Shown here one piece after another: positions 28,425-38,694 of a stretch of 64,000 nucleotides of DNA. The DNA lies in the NCBI GenBank assembly GCA_041674805.1, contig JBAYVA010000001.1:24624-88623 (forward strand), read 5' to 3'. Every line of letters begins with the position of its first letter. Positions within the stretch are counted from its first letter, which is position 1. A program made the translations under genes and the position numbers. This stretch comes from Candidatus Magasanikiibacteriota bacterium. GTDB lineage: Bacteria; Patescibacteriota; Patescibacteriia; Magasanikbacterales; UBA922. Under the pieces are notes generated by a model. That model did no database searches and was not told where the DNA came from. It was given only the letters and a program-made list of their open reading frames with translations.

Positions 28425-30206
28425 ATGAATAAGGAAGTTTACAAACACATATTGAACACTTACGGACGTAATCCTAGACAATGGGTTGGTTTTGTTGCTG
28501 AAATATTTCGTACCGTTATTATGAGAGTGTACATAACTATTGCTATGGCACAGGTCACAGCAAATCTAGCCTCAGGAGATATTGAATCAGCCAAAAAATA
28601 TACATTATATTTTTTTGTTGCTTATATTGTAGGTTCATTGATTGGAACTTTTGGCGAATTATTATCCTTACATACCGAAAACAAAAAATACGGTGAACTT
28701 ATGTTGATTTATTATAATAAGTTAGTTGGTAAAGATCTTTCATTTTATCGAGATAACCAAACTGGTTATCTGGCTAGTATATATAGACAATATTTAGATG
28801 GTGCATTACTTTTGCTTCGCTTCTTTCGTGGAGAAGCATTGGCTGCGTTTATTTCAATGGTTGTCCCACCGATAGTATTGTTTTTTGCTTCACCACAAAT
28901 AGGATTATTAGCAACTGTTGTTGTTTTGATTCAAATTATTTATGTAAAATGGTCATCATCAAAAGCAAATAAATACAGACAAATATCACATGAAATATAT
29001 AGAAAAATTACTGGAGAGGTTTCTGACACAATAACTAATATTGTTGCTTTTAAATCAGGTGGGGTAGAAGATCAAGCTCAAAGTAAAATGAAAGGACTTG
29101 TTAAAGAGGAATTATCTTCATTCATGCAACGACGCAAAACAACCGTATTGCTTGATTTGCCAAGAAATATCATAACAGCCTGTGGTATTACGTTAGCTAT
29201 TTATTTTATCATTGTTAATTCTTCTGGAGTAAATCCTCAATCTCTGGGATTAATCGTTTTGACTTTAACGTACATGTATCAAATCGTGAGAAATGTGAGT
29301 TCTTTGCCAGAATTGGTTTCGACTCATGATGATCTAGTTACTAAAGTTTATCCAACTTTGAAATATTTAGGTGAAGAGTATGAAGAAATACGTGATTCTC
29401 TAAATCCTGTAGAATTTTCAATTGAAAAAGGTGTAATAAATATTAATAATGTTAATTTTAGCTATCCATCACATTCAACTAATGCCACAAGCATACCGGT
29501 TTTTAATGATTTAACGATAAAAATAGAAGGTGGCGAACAAATCGGAATTGTTGGGTTGAGTGGAGCTGGTAAAAGCACTCTTGCTAATTTATTATTGCGT
29601 TTTGATGAGGTAACTAGTGGTTCAATCAAAATTGATAATATTGATATTCGTGATATAAAACAAAGTGAGTTACGAAAGAAAATAGCTTATGTACCACAAG
29701 AACCATTGTTATTTCATCGAAGTATAAGAGAAAATATTGCTTATTATAATGAAAATGTTGATGAGGTAGAAATTATTCGTGCAGCCAAAGCTGCTCACGC
29801 TCATGAATTTATAGAGAAATTACCTGATGGTTACAATACAATTGTAGGCGAACGTGGAATAAAATTAAGTGGAGGACAAAAGCAACGGGTTGCGATTGCT
29901 CGCGCTGTACTTAAAAAAGCTCCAATTATAATTTTTGACGAGGCAACAAGTGCACTTGATAGTGAAAGTGAACAAATAATACAACGTGCTTTGCCAGAAA
30001 TTTTAGGCAAGCAAACTGCGATTATTGTGGCACATCGTCTTAGTACTATCGCTGGTCTTGATAGAATAATTGTTATGCACGAAGGCAAAGTTGTTGAATC
30101 TGGAAAACATGAAGAATTAATAAATTTGCATGGTCGTTATTATTCATTGTGGCAAAAACAAACAACTGAGTTTGTAATTCAAAATAAAGAAAGAAATACA
30201 CTTTAG
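28425..30206 (+). CDS. ABC exporter, fused permease and ATP-binding domains (MsbA/type I exporter-like)
   Basis: Six-TM N-terminal half, Walker A GLSGAGKST, ABC signature LSGGQKQR and Walker B IIIFDEATSALD. Confidence 0.85.
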   Translation: MNKEVYKHILNTYGRNPRQWVGFVAEIFRTVIMRVYITIAMAQVTANLASGDIESAKKYTLYFFVAYIVGSLIGTFGELLSLHTENKKYGELMLIYYNKLVGKDLSFYRDNQTGYLASIYRQYLDGALLLLRFFRGEALAAFISMVVPPIVLFFASPQIGLLATVVVLIQIIYVKWSSSKANKYRQISHEIYRKITGEVSDTITNIVAFKSGGVEDQAQSKMKGLVKEELSSFMQRRKTTVLLDLPRNIITACGITLAIYFIIVNSSGVNPQSLGLIVLTLTYMYQIVRNVSSLPELVSTHDDLVTKVYPTLKYLGEEYEEIRDSLNPVEFSIEKGVININNVNFSYPSHSTNATSIPVFNDLTIKIEGGEQIGIVGLSGAGKSTLANLLLRFDEVTSGSIKIDNIDIRDIKQSELRKKIAYVPQEPLLFHRSIRENIAYYNENVDEVEIIRAAKAAHAHEFIEKLPDGYNTIVGERGIKLSGGQKQRVAIARAVLKKAPIIIFDEATSALDSESEQIIQRALPEILGKQTAIIVAHRLSTIAGLDRIIVMHEGKVVESGKHEELINLHGRYYSLWQKQTTEFVIQNKERNTL

Positions 30207-30284
30207 ATTTAGTTGCAAGAGTATTTAAAATTAGTTGATTTGTTTGACTTTTAATAGTTGACAATTAACAACCTTCTTGCAGGC

Positions 30285-30312
30285 GGGATTCCAAGAAATT
30301 GGAATTTTTTAT
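30285..30312 (+). terminator. Candidate terminator after the ABC exporter gene (ttcca-agaaat-tggaa followed by T6)
   Basis: Short hairpin with a T-run, about 80 nt after the stop. Confidence 0.35.
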
Positions 30313-30343
30313 TTTCATACTTTTGTAGTATAATATATTCAAT

Positions 30344-30838
30344 ATGATAAAACAAAGAGCAAAACTCATCTTAGTTTCCGGTTTTGTGGGAGCAGGGAAG
30401 ACTACTCTCGCCAAAAAACTAGAAAAACAATACAAAGCTATTAGATTTACTACTGACGATTGGATGATAGAATTTTTTGGTTTTGATGGAGATTTTGGTG
30501 AAGAATATAAGGCTAAGAAAAGAATTGTCAAAGAATTTATTTGGCGTATTGCCAAGTCTATTTTGGAATCTGGTGTGAATGTTATTTTAGATTTTGGTTT
30601 TTGGTCTTGGAAAGAGAGAACACTTTTTCGAAAAAGAGCCAGTCAATTGGGAGTTGATTTTGAACTTTATTTTATAGATGTACCACTTGATCAATTACGA
30701 AAACAAATTAAAATTAGAAATAAAAAACTTCCACGTGGTACATTTTATATCACTGAAAAATGGTTTGATATTTGGGTGCCTAGATTTGAACCTCCGACTG
30801 AGAAGGAAAATCCTATTTTGTTGAGAAGAAAAATTTAA
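30344..30838 (+). CDS. P-loop kinase-like protein (AAA_33/zeta-toxin-like predicted kinase)
   Basis: Walker A LVSGFVGAGKTTLA near the N-terminus; 164 aa. Confidence 0.55.
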   Translation: MIKQRAKLILVSGFVGAGKTTLAKKLEKQYKAIRFTTDDWMIEFFGFDGDFGEEYKAKKRIVKEFIWRIAKSILESGVNVILDFGFWSWKERTLFRKRASQLGVDFELYFIDVPLDQLRKQIKIRNKKLPRGTFYITEKWFDIWVPRFEPPTEKENPILLRRKI

Positions 30839-32634
30839 AATATATCAGACAATTTATCTTTTCCCAAAACAAACAAATTGTTGGTGGCTCTGGTCAGGGC
30901 GACATAGAGCAAATCTCTATCTATTTTTTCTTTTTCTTTTTTCAAATTAACTAGTTCAATTTTACTTGCACTCAAGATATCTTGTTTGTTTATACCTACC
31001 AAAAAGACTGTATCAAATTCTAGACCTTGAATTTCATCCATAGATAAAATATGGATGTTTTTTTCTTTTTTGAATTCTATTTTGTATTGTTGTAAGTATT
31101 TTTTATTTCTAGCTAAAATACCTGTGACAACTTTTGTTTGCAAGTTTTCTTTGACATATTTTATTTCTTCATCAATATTTTCAAAATTTTTTTCAATCAC
31201 TTGCGTACCTTCTTTGATATTATCTGGAATAATTATTTTGTAGCCAAGTTTCTGGATATATTCCAAAATTTGTTTACTATTACGATAGACTTTGTTTAAA
31301 AATATTTTACGTTCTTCTTTTAGACTTTCATTAATTTCAGACCAGTCAGCAATTGTTCCTAACTGAGTTTTTTGGTTCATGTCTCCTACATACATCACTG
31401 CATTATTTTCTGGATTCAGACAGCTTTTTATTATTTTGATTTGTGTTGGTAAATAGTTTTGAAATTCATCAAAGATTATAAGGTCGTAGAAAGCAGGGAA
31501 GCGTCCGATTTTTTTTAGACTCGCACCACGTTTTTTTAGTTGGTAATATTCTTGAATTATCGTGATATTACCATGAGTTTTTTTGAATATTTGTAGTAAT
31601 ATTGTTAAATCAATTCTGTCTAAGATTTTGTTTTCTTTTTGGTATTTTATTATTTCCAAATATTTGCTTGGTAAATTTTGATAAACTTTTTCAAGCAGGG
31701 TGAAGATATTTGAACTATATTTTTGTTCAGAAAAATTTTGCAAAGATTGTAATTTGTAATATTCGAGATAATCTCTATCTTCTTCAACTATATCAACATG
31801 ATTTTGGTAATTGTAATTTTGCAAATCTAGGACACTCATCGCCCAATCAGCAAAAGTACGAATAGTGACGTTTTTTATGCCAAGTTCTGGCAAGAGGTGA
31901 GAAAAATATTCTTTGGTACCAATATCTTGGACAAGTATCAAAATTTTACTGGTGTGAAATTTGTCAGCGACGTCTGGTGATTGAAGTAGATAAGCGACAC
32001 GATGAAGAGCCAAAGTCGTTTTGCCAGAGCCAGCCGGACCAGAAATCAATAAAGCATTTTTGTAACTAGCACGAATAACTGCATCTTGAGCTTTTTCCAT
32101 TTGTGCGACAATCTCTGGTAAGACAAAAGATTTTTTTTGATTAGAAAAATAATCTTGGTAAATTAGTTCTCGCGGATTATCTAGAGTTTCGGTAGAAAGA
32201 TAAATGATTTTACCACCGACAATCATGTATTGATCTTTTTTTGTCATTATTCCTTGTTTTTCAGTTTTATCTGGCAAAGTGTAATTGATATTACCAGGAT
32301 GTTCAAAACGTATTTTGGAGATAGGACTAACCCAAGAATAAATATGTTCTTCGCTCAAAGAAAATTTACCAATGTAAATATTTTCATTGTTTATTTCGCA
32401 TTTATTGAAATAGGGTGAATCTTGCATCAGCTCTAGTTCTTCTTGTTTTTCTGTGTTCATTTCTAATAATTTACTCTGGACGATTTTGTCATCTTCATTG
32501 AAAGTATGTAGACTTTTTTTGAGCTTGCTAACATTATCTGTGGTTTTTTGTAATGTTTGTCTTATTACCTCAAGAGAACGCTTCAGTTGCTCTTGAGCGA
32601 GCTTAAAATAGATTTGTTTGGCTGTTTGGTTCAT
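30835..32634 (-). CDS. UvrD/HelD-like superfamily-1 DNA helicase
   Basis: Walker A GPAGSGKTT, Walker B IIFDEFQN and motif VI LLYVALTRATNNLFV, preceded by a coiled-coil N-terminal region. Start placed at MNQTAKQ (32634). The ORF extends to 32772, but that extension is low-complexity. Confidence 0.6.
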   Translation of the reverse strand: MNQTAKQIYFKLAQEQLKRSLEVIRQTLQKTTDNVSKLKKSLHTFNEDDKIVQSKLLEMNTEKQEELELMQDSPYFNKCEINNENIYIGKFSLSEEHIYSWVSPISKIRFEHPGNINYTLPDKTEKQGIMTKKDQYMIVGGKIIYLSTETLDNPRELIYQDYFSNQKKSFVLPEIVAQMEKAQDAVIRASYKNALLISGPAGSGKTTLALHRVAYLLQSPDVADKFHTSKILILVQDIGTKEYFSHLLPELGIKNVTIRTFADWAMSVLDLQNYNYQNHVDIVEEDRDYLEYYKLQSLQNFSEQKYSSNIFTLLEKVYQNLPSKYLEIIKYQKENKILDRIDLTILLQIFKKTHGNITIIQEYYQLKKRGASLKKIGRFPAFYDLIIFDEFQNYLPTQIKIIKSCLNPENNAVMYVGDMNQKTQLGTIADWSEINESLKEERKIFLNKVYRNSKQILEYIQKLGYKIIIPDNIKEGTQVIEKNFENIDEEIKYVKENLQTKVVTGILARNKKYLQQYKIEFKKEKNIHILSMDEIQGLEFDTVFLVGINKQDILSASKIELVNLKKEKEKIDRDLLYVALTRATNNLFVLGKDKLSDIF

Positions 32635-32864
32635 ATATGTGTATATAAATAAAAAATACCCAGTTTTAACCTCAGAATAATTAATATTTTTTATAATTAT
32701 CCCTTGGTTTGGGGTATTTTTTAGTCTAATTTTTAGAAGAAAAATATTTTTACAAATTTTGGATTTTTCCAAAGCTTTTAAGAATATTTTTGATGAAAAT
32801 ATTCTAACATATTTTTGGTGTTTTTGTCAAATTTTTATTTAAAATAGTTTTTAACAGTTAATTC

Positions 32865-32893
32865 TTGACAAATTACTCAACTTATTGTAATAT
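32865..32893 (+). promoter_or_regulatory. Candidate promoter of the rplJL operon (TTGACA, 17-nt spacer, TAATAT)
   Basis: -35 at 32865..32870 and -10 at 32888..32893. Confidence 0.45.
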
Positions 32894-33059
32894 AGCACTA
32901 CCCATAGACAGCAGGTTTGACCATTATTTGGTTGATTAAACATCCTGCCGAGGAAAAAACTTTTACACTTTTGTAATAAAAAGGTCGATTTTCTAGGTAG
33001 TCTGTGGTTTAAAAACCACTTTTTTTATTGGTTTAACCAATAAAAATGAATAAAATTTT
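32894..33059 (+). promoter_or_regulatory. Possible L10 (rplJ) autoregulatory leader
   Basis: 165-nt structured leader with gcagg...cctgc pairing upstream of rplJ. The assignment rests on position only. Confidence 0.25.
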
Positions 33060-33581
33060 ATGGCAAAAACAAGATTAGTAAAAGAACAAGCGATAGAGGA
33101 TTTAGTAAATGATTTGAAGAATTCTTCATCAGCTGTGTTTGCAAACTATCAAGGTCTAAAAGTTTCTGATTCAGAAATTTTGCGTAACAAATGTCGTGAA
33201 CAAAACATTTCTGTTACTGCTAGTAAAAAAACTCTTTTGAAGCGTGCTTTGAAAGAAATGAACTTGGACGTAGATACAAAACAATTTGAAGGTAGTGTGG
33301 CTGTTTTCTTAGGAAAAGAAGACGAAGTAGCTCCTGCACAAATTGTAGCAGAATTTGCAAAAAAACATGAAAGAGTAACTTTATTTGGAGGTATTTTGGA
33401 AGGTAATTTCATCTCTGGTGAAAAAGTAAAAGAACTTTCAAAACTACCAAACAAACAACAATTGCTTGGTCAATTGGTAGGTACTTTGAATGCTCCAATT
33501 TCTGGATTTGTAAATGTCTTAGCTGGAAATTTACGTGGACTTGTCAACGTAATGAATGCTATTAAAGAAAGTAAATCATAA
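33060..33581 (+). CDS. rplJ: 50S ribosomal protein L10
   Basis: MAKTRLVKEQAIEDL...ANYQGLKVSD..LR; length 173 aa; upstream of rplL. Confidence 0.9.
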   Translation: MAKTRLVKEQAIEDLVNDLKNSSSAVFANYQGLKVSDSEILRNKCREQNISVTASKKTLLKRALKEMNLDVDTKQFEGSVAVFLGKEDEVAPAQIVAEFAKKHERVTLFGGILEGNFISGEKVKELSKLPNKQQLLGQLVGTLNAPISGFVNVLAGNLRGLVNVMNAIKESKS

Positions 33582-33689
33582 AACAATTCGGATATACGGA
33601 TAATTCAGATTTACGGATGTAAAATATTATCTTTATAATATATCCAAAATTATTTTTAAAAAAATAATAAACTAATTAATTATATTATT

Positions 33690-34094
33690 ATGTCAGAAGA
33701 AACAAAAAAGGACGTAATCGTTCCTGAAAAATTCAAATCTCTAGTAGAGATGGTAGAAAAAATGTCAGTATTAGATCTTGCTGAACTTGTAAAAGTTCTT
33801 GAAGATAAATTCGGTGTTAGTGCTGCTGCACCTGCAATGATGATGGCTGCTCCTGGAGCTGCTGCACCTGCTGCTGAAGAAAAAACTGAATTCACAGTAG
33901 AACTTACAGCTTTTGGTGATAACAAAATCAATGTTATTAAAGCTGTAAAAAATGCTACAGGTCTTGGTCTAGCTGAAGCTAAAGCTTTGGTAGACGGAGC
34001 TCCAAAAACAATCAAAGAAAATATCAAAAAAGCTGAAGCTGAAGAATTGAAAAAACAATTAGAAGAAGCTGGTGCTACAGTAACTTTGAAATAA
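33690..34094 (+). CDS. rplL: 50S ribosomal protein L7/L12
   Basis: Ala-rich hinge [21 protein letters not shown] and C-terminal domain [36 protein letters not shown]. Confidence 0.92.
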   Translation: MSEETKKDVIVPEKFKSLVEMVEKMSVLDLAELVKVLEDKFGVSAAAPAMMMAAPGAAAPAAEEKTEFTVELTAFGDNKINVIKAVKNATGLGLAEAKALVDGAPKTIKENIKKAEAEELKKQLEEAGATVTLK

Positions 34095-34117
34095 TACTTT
34101 CATTGAAAGAAAAATTA

Positions 34118-34150
34118 AAAAAGACGTGTCGAAGAGATACGTCTTTTTTA
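34118..34150 (+). terminator. Rho-independent terminator after rplL (agacgt-loop-acgtct followed by T6)
   Basis: Hairpin aaagacgtgtcgaagagatacgtctttttt. Confidence 0.6.
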
Positions 34151-34197
34151 ATTTTAAATTTAGTCCCGACTAATCAGTATAAATTTTAAATTATTTT

Positions 34198-35106
34198 TTA
34201 TTTGAATTTTATTGTTGAATACATAGTGTCTATTATTTTTAGCTCATATGTATAATTATTATGAGAAAAACCTTTTATTGGTAATATCTCATTACAGTTT
34301 GCGTAAGAATATTTACCTGTATAATTTATATATAAATTATTTGCACTGTGTATAGGTCCTTCTATACCACTTGCATTTTTAAACCAATATTGTATAGCGA
34401 ATTTATTGTCTATCTTGGCATAATTTGTGCCTGCTTCTATGGGTGAGTTTCCATCTACTGGGGAAATTAATTCTTGTTGCCAATTTGTTGTCAAAAAGAA
34501 ATATAATTCTTTTGTATAGTCTTTACCAGATATAGATTTACATTCGCTATTAGCGTATAGAGGGCAATATAATTTTGTTATAGGATAAATTATTATTCCA
34601 GCATTTGCACCTGGCGTGTATGCTTCACCTGCTAAAATGTAGTCATCTGGTTTTTCTGTAATAGTGATTATGTTTGATTTTTCTTCTTCTGTCCAATTAA
34701 ATCCTTCTGTTTCTCTATAATAAGGTTCATTTACTATATAATTTGGTGGATATTTTATAGTTAATATATCATTTGAGAATTCTTTCCAGTCATCTGTTGG
34801 TAATAGTTGTTCTGGTTTTTTTATATCTTGATTAAAATATGATAGATGTGTATCTTCAACATATTTTTTTTTTGTTTTTTCAAAATTTTCTTCTAAACAT
34901 TCAGTGGGTATTTTATCCAATTCTTGTTTCCATTTTTCAATAATTTCATTTTTATTGTTTTCATTAGTGTTTGTTTCTTGTGTAATTTGATTAGGTGTTT
35001 TATTTTTGTTGGAGCTAAATATTAGGAGAGTTGATAATACTATAATTAAAAAAAAGAGTGGAATTGACAAAAAGAATATTTTTTTTGTGCTAATTGTTTC
35101 TTGCAT
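34198..35106 (-). CDS. Hypothetical membrane-anchored or secreted protein
   Basis: N-terminal TM segment IFFLSIPLFFLIIVLSTLLIF. No recognisable domains. Last gene of a minus-strand pair with 35115..37370. Confidence 0.45.
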   Translation of the reverse strand: MQETISTKKIFFLSIPLFFLIIVLSTLLIFSSNKNKTPNQITQETNTNENNKNEIIEKWKQELDKIPTECLEENFEKTKKKYVEDTHLSYFNQDIKKPEQLLPTDDWKEFSNDILTIKYPPNYIVNEPYYRETEGFNWTEEEKSNIITITEKPDDYILAGEAYTPGANAGIIIYPITKLYCPLYANSECKSISGKDYTKELYFFLTTNWQQELISPVDGNSPIEAGTNYAKIDNKFAIQYWFKNASGIEGPIHSANNLYINYTGKYSYANCNEILPIKGFSHNNYTYELKIIDTMYSTIKFK

Positions 35107-35114
35107 ATTATTTT

Positions 35115-37370
35115 TTATTTTGTTGAAAATTTGTAAATTTTGTTTTCATCCAAAACATAGATTACTTTGTTGTCTTCATCTATTATCATATCACTTGGTT
35201 TTTTCCATTCATAAGAAGTAAATTGTTCAATAAATTTACCATCTTTGTCTAATCTTACAATACGTTTTTGTTCTGGTTCTAAAATATACAAATAGTCTGA
35301 GTCAGCATAAGTCCAAATTTTGGTTGGATTAGTAAGTACTGGATGAACGCCTTCTATATTGAAATTTTCTTCTTCTCCACCATAAAAACGTAAAATTTTG
35401 GCATCAGAAGTAAGTACAAAAACATTACCGTCTACCGCAATATCTATGGCTTTGCTAAGTGAAGAAGATTTTTTGGTAATCCAGACAGTACCTTTGTCAT
35501 ATCCTGTTTGAGTTTGGTTGTGTTTGTAAATTTGTTCATTCTTGGCACTAACAATATATAATTTTCTATTGTAAACAGTCAAAGCATTAGCATTGGCATT
35601 GTCTGCTGGATAAACAATGTCTTTGGTAGAATAAGATTGAGTATCTTTATTATATTCAAAAAGTTTGTTACCTAATCCCAAAAATATTATTTTGTCATTT
35701 TCTTTTGGTGTATCATCATGGATAATATCTTTTTGATTGTCATGATTTTTTATTTCTATTTCTTTTGATATCAAATTTACTTTGTACATATTTTTGTCTT
35801 TTTCTGAATAGGCAAAAATATTGGTGTCTAATTTAGCTATTTTTTCTAAGTCATTGGAAGGTTTACTATTATTTAGATCAGCTATTAATTCTAAAGTAAC
35901 AGAATTCATTTTTTGTAGTTTATTTAAAATTTCATCATTAGCATTTTTTAATTCTTGAAATTTGGTTTTTGCTTCTTCTGTATCTTGTGGTAAATTTTCT
36001 ATAAGTTTTTTTGTTTCTTCTAATATTTCTAAGGCTTTTTCTTCTTCACCATATAATATTTTGGCTTCAACTTCATCACTTTTTTCATTTATGGAGTCAA
36101 TAAGACTCAAATATTGGGCATTTTGAGCTTCTTTATTTTCTTTTATTTTTATATAGATAATACTACTTAAAAAAATTATAGCTAATAAAATAAGTGCAAT
36201 AAAAAGTATTTTACTGATTAAACTTACATTTTTTACTTTTTCTTTTTTTTCATTTATTACATTATGGAAACGATCCATAATAATAGTCCTTTGACCTGAT
36301 TTGTTTGTAATCAAGTAAAATGAATTGATGAAAAATGATAGTATAATTTGAATAATTTTTTTTATGACAAAAAAAATGCTACTAGCTATAATTACTATAG
36401 ATCTACCTATTAAAATTAATATTTTTTCAGAAAATTTTTGTCCATTTTCTTTTCTTCTACTTCTAACGTTGGTTTCTATTTGTCCATGATTGGTAGCAAT
36501 TCTTTCATTCTTTTTGTTTGCTAAATTAGTATTGGTAGCTTTATTTTTTATAAATAGACTGGATAAATTTTCTTTAATATTTTTGATGACAGAAGGAGAT
36601 AGTGTTTCTGCTGTATTTTTTCTATTTTTTACTAAATCATCCATTGAGGCTTGTGAACCTATTGCATCTGCTTGTACATTTCTATATCTTTTTGCTTCAA
36701 TTAATTGTGGTTTTGGTGTTTGAAAAATTATACCTCCAAAAGAATATTCTTCTTTTAGATTGTCTAAAACTTTTTGGATATGCAAGGCACCTTGTTTGGT
36801 AGCTTTATTTTGGATTATTTTACGGACTCTATCTACAGAAAAATGACTAGTCACACTAGGTGTTGAGATGTACAAATAATCATCATCTTTCATGTCTCCT
36901 TCTATTACAGAAGAAAAAAATTGTTCATGATTTTCTGGTTCATTTGGATCTATAATCTCAGTACTTTTTAGTTCATCTTTGGTATTATAAAATAAATAGG
37001 CATTTGGTTTGCCGTGATAAGCTATTGTAAGATGACGTTTTTGTAAAATACCTACTAACAAATTTATTTTACTATCTTTGTATTGTAAAACATTATGACT
37101 TTGTTGATTTATTTCTTGCAAAATACTTTCAAAATAATTTTCTATATTGTTATTTTCTTCGTCATAATATTTTATTTCAATATCATCTATGATTTGTTGT
37201 AGTTGACTTATTTGTTCTGAGTAGCTACCATTTATTTCTATGATAGCAAAAAAATGCCCTTTGTTTTTTTCTTGTTGGGTAATAGGTTCTGCTATGTGTA
37301 ATAAGACGTGTGATAGTTTTTGATTACTACCTTCTACAAAAAACTCTTGTATTTCTAAGCCATTTTTCAT
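35115..37370 (-). CDS. Large membrane protein: cytoplasmic N-terminal domain, two TM segments, a coiled coil and a C-terminal beta-propeller-like repeat domain
   Basis: 751 aa. TM segments near residues 320-350 and 390-410. C-terminal repeats LYIVSAKNEQIY, VFVLTSDAKILRF, YLYILEPEQKRIVRL and VIYVLDENKIYKF. Confidence 0.5.
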   Translation of the reverse strand: MKNGLEIQEFFVEGSNQKLSHVLLHIAEPITQQEKNKGHFFAIIEINGSYSEQISQLQQIIDDIEIKYYDEENNNIENYFESILQEINQQSHNVLQYKDSKINLLVGILQKRHLTIAYHGKPNAYLFYNTKDELKSTEIIDPNEPENHEQFFSSVIEGDMKDDDYLYISTPSVTSHFSVDRVRKIIQNKATKQGALHIQKVLDNLKEEYSFGGIIFQTPKPQLIEAKRYRNVQADAIGSQASMDDLVKNRKNTAETLSPSVIKNIKENLSSLFIKNKATNTNLANKKNERIATNHGQIETNVRSRRKENGQKFSEKILILIGRSIVIIASSIFFVIKKIIQIILSFFINSFYLITNKSGQRTIIMDRFHNVINEKKEKVKNVSLISKILFIALILLAIIFLSSIIYIKIKENKEAQNAQYLSLIDSINEKSDEVEAKILYGEEEKALEILEETKKLIENLPQDTEEAKTKFQELKNANDEILNKLQKMNSVTLELIADLNNSKPSNDLEKIAKLDTNIFAYSEKDKNMYKVNLISKEIEIKNHDNQKDIIHDDTPKENDKIIFLGLGNKLFEYNKDTQSYSTKDIVYPADNANANALTVYNRKLYIVSAKNEQIYKHNQTQTGYDKGTVWITKKSSSLSKAIDIAVDGNVFVLTSDAKILRFYGGEEENFNIEGVHPVLTNPTKIWTYADSDYLYILEPEQKRIVRLDKDGKFIEQFTSYEWKKPSDMIIDEDNKVIYVLDENKIYKFSTK

Positions 37371-37505
37371 AACTATACTATTTTTTTATATTTGAGTTGA
37401 CCTTTGACTTTATTGTCATAAGTTATTATACTATATTTGTAAATATAATGCCAGTTTTTAGGATAGCTAATTTGCCTAGTAAATTAGTTTTTATTTTATA
37501 ATATT

Positions 37506-38108
37506 ATGCTTGAACAACTTTTTGGTTCAAAAACCAGACTTAAATTGCTAAGGTTATTTTTTTCAGAACAAAATAGGCCTTTTTTTGTACGTGAGTTATC
37601 TAGGCATGTAGGGGTGCAAATCAATGCTATTAGAAGAGAAATAGAAATTTTGCATTCTATGGATATCATCAAAGAAAAATTGGTAGATGAAAAAGACAAA
37701 ATTAATGAAATAGAAGTAGGGGAGAAATTACGCAAGTATTATATATTGAATCCTGAATCAATTATTTACTCAGAGTTACAAGCATTACTTCTAAAAGACA
37801 AATTTATTGGTCAAAAAGAGTTTATCAAAGAGTTTGAAGACAAAATGTCTGAAACCAAACTTTTGATTTTGTCTGGAGAGTTTACTTCTGACAAAAGAGC
37901 CCCAACAGATTTGTTGATTGTGGGTAAAATTAAACCAAGAGTTTTGGCTAATATTATAGAAGAGTATGAAAAAGATTTTGGTTTCAACATACGTTATACT
38001 ATTATGACAGAAGAAGAATTTTTGGATAGAAGATATGTTATGGACAAATTTTTGTATTCTTTATTTGAAGCTGACCATTTGAAGGTTATTAATAAATTGG
38101 GAGTTTAA
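37506..38108 (+). CDS. Putative winged-helix (ArsR/MarR-like) DNA-binding protein with a C-terminal domain of unknown function
   Basis: The N-terminus TRLKLLRLFFSEQNRPFFVRELSRHVGVQINAIRREIEIL has the pattern of a wHTH recognition helix. Confidence 0.4.
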   Translation: MLEQLFGSKTRLKLLRLFFSEQNRPFFVRELSRHVGVQINAIRREIEILHSMDIIKEKLVDEKDKINEIEVGEKLRKYYILNPESIIYSELQALLLKDKFIGQKEFIKEFEDKMSETKLLILSGEFTSDKRAPTDLLIVGKIKPRVLANIIEEYEKDFGFNIRYTIMTEEEFLDRRYVMDKFLYSLFEADHLKVINKLGV

Positions 38109-38177
38109 TTCTGCCTTTTAGAAATTGATTTTTAATTTAATAATGATGATGTTTTTTGTCAATGTAACTATACATTA

Positions 38178-38248
38178 GAGATAAAATTGAGATAAACTAG
38201 AGATAATATTGTTTATAATAAATGTCTAAATTATCTCAATTTTATCTC
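38178..38248. promoter_or_regulatory. Array of five GAGATAA heptamers phased at 11 bp (three direct at 38178, 38189 and 38200, two inverted at 38231 and 38242), forming an 18-bp inverted repeat
   Basis: gagataaaattgagataaactagagataat ... ttatctcaattttatctc. Lies between the wHTH gene and tsaB. Confidence 0.5.
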
Positions 38249-38325
38249 AATTTATTAAAATTTTTAGTAAATGTTTACTTTTATATTTGAACCAGATTTA
38301 TTTTATGTATTATTTGTTGATTGAC

Positions 38326-38694
38326 ATGTCAGAAAATTCCAATATACATTTGGCTCTTTTTGATGAAAAAAAATTTGTAGAAAAAAAGTATGAAGGACAA
38401 AATCGCGAACTGCTTTTGTGTATTGATAATTTGTTGACTGAAAATGATTTTGAGAAAGAAAATATCAAAGGTATAATGATAGTAGTCGGTACAGGATCGT
38501 TTACCAGTACTAGAATCGCTTGTGTTGTTGCTAATACTTTTGCTTTTGTTTTGCAAATTCCTTTATTAGCTATTGGAGTAGAAGATATTTCTAATGTTCA
38601 AAGTTTGATTCCTAAATTATTAGAGCAACCAAAAGGACAATATATTTCCGCGACTTATAGTGGAGAGCCGAATATAGGAGAAAGTAAAAAATAA
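38326..38694 (+). CDS. tsaB: Short TsaB (YeaZ)-like protein, N-terminal domain only
   Basis: The GTGSFTSTRIACVVANTFAFVLQIPLLAI motif matches the TsaB GPGSFTGLRIG region. Start placed at the ATG at 38326; the ORF track begins at a TTG at 38287. Confidence 0.6.
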   Translation: MSENSNIHLALFDEKKFVEKKYEGQNRELLLCIDNLLTENDFEKENIKGIMIVVGTGSFTSTRIACVVANTFAFVLQIPLLAIGVEDISNVQSLIPKLLEQPKGQYISATYSGEPNIGESKK

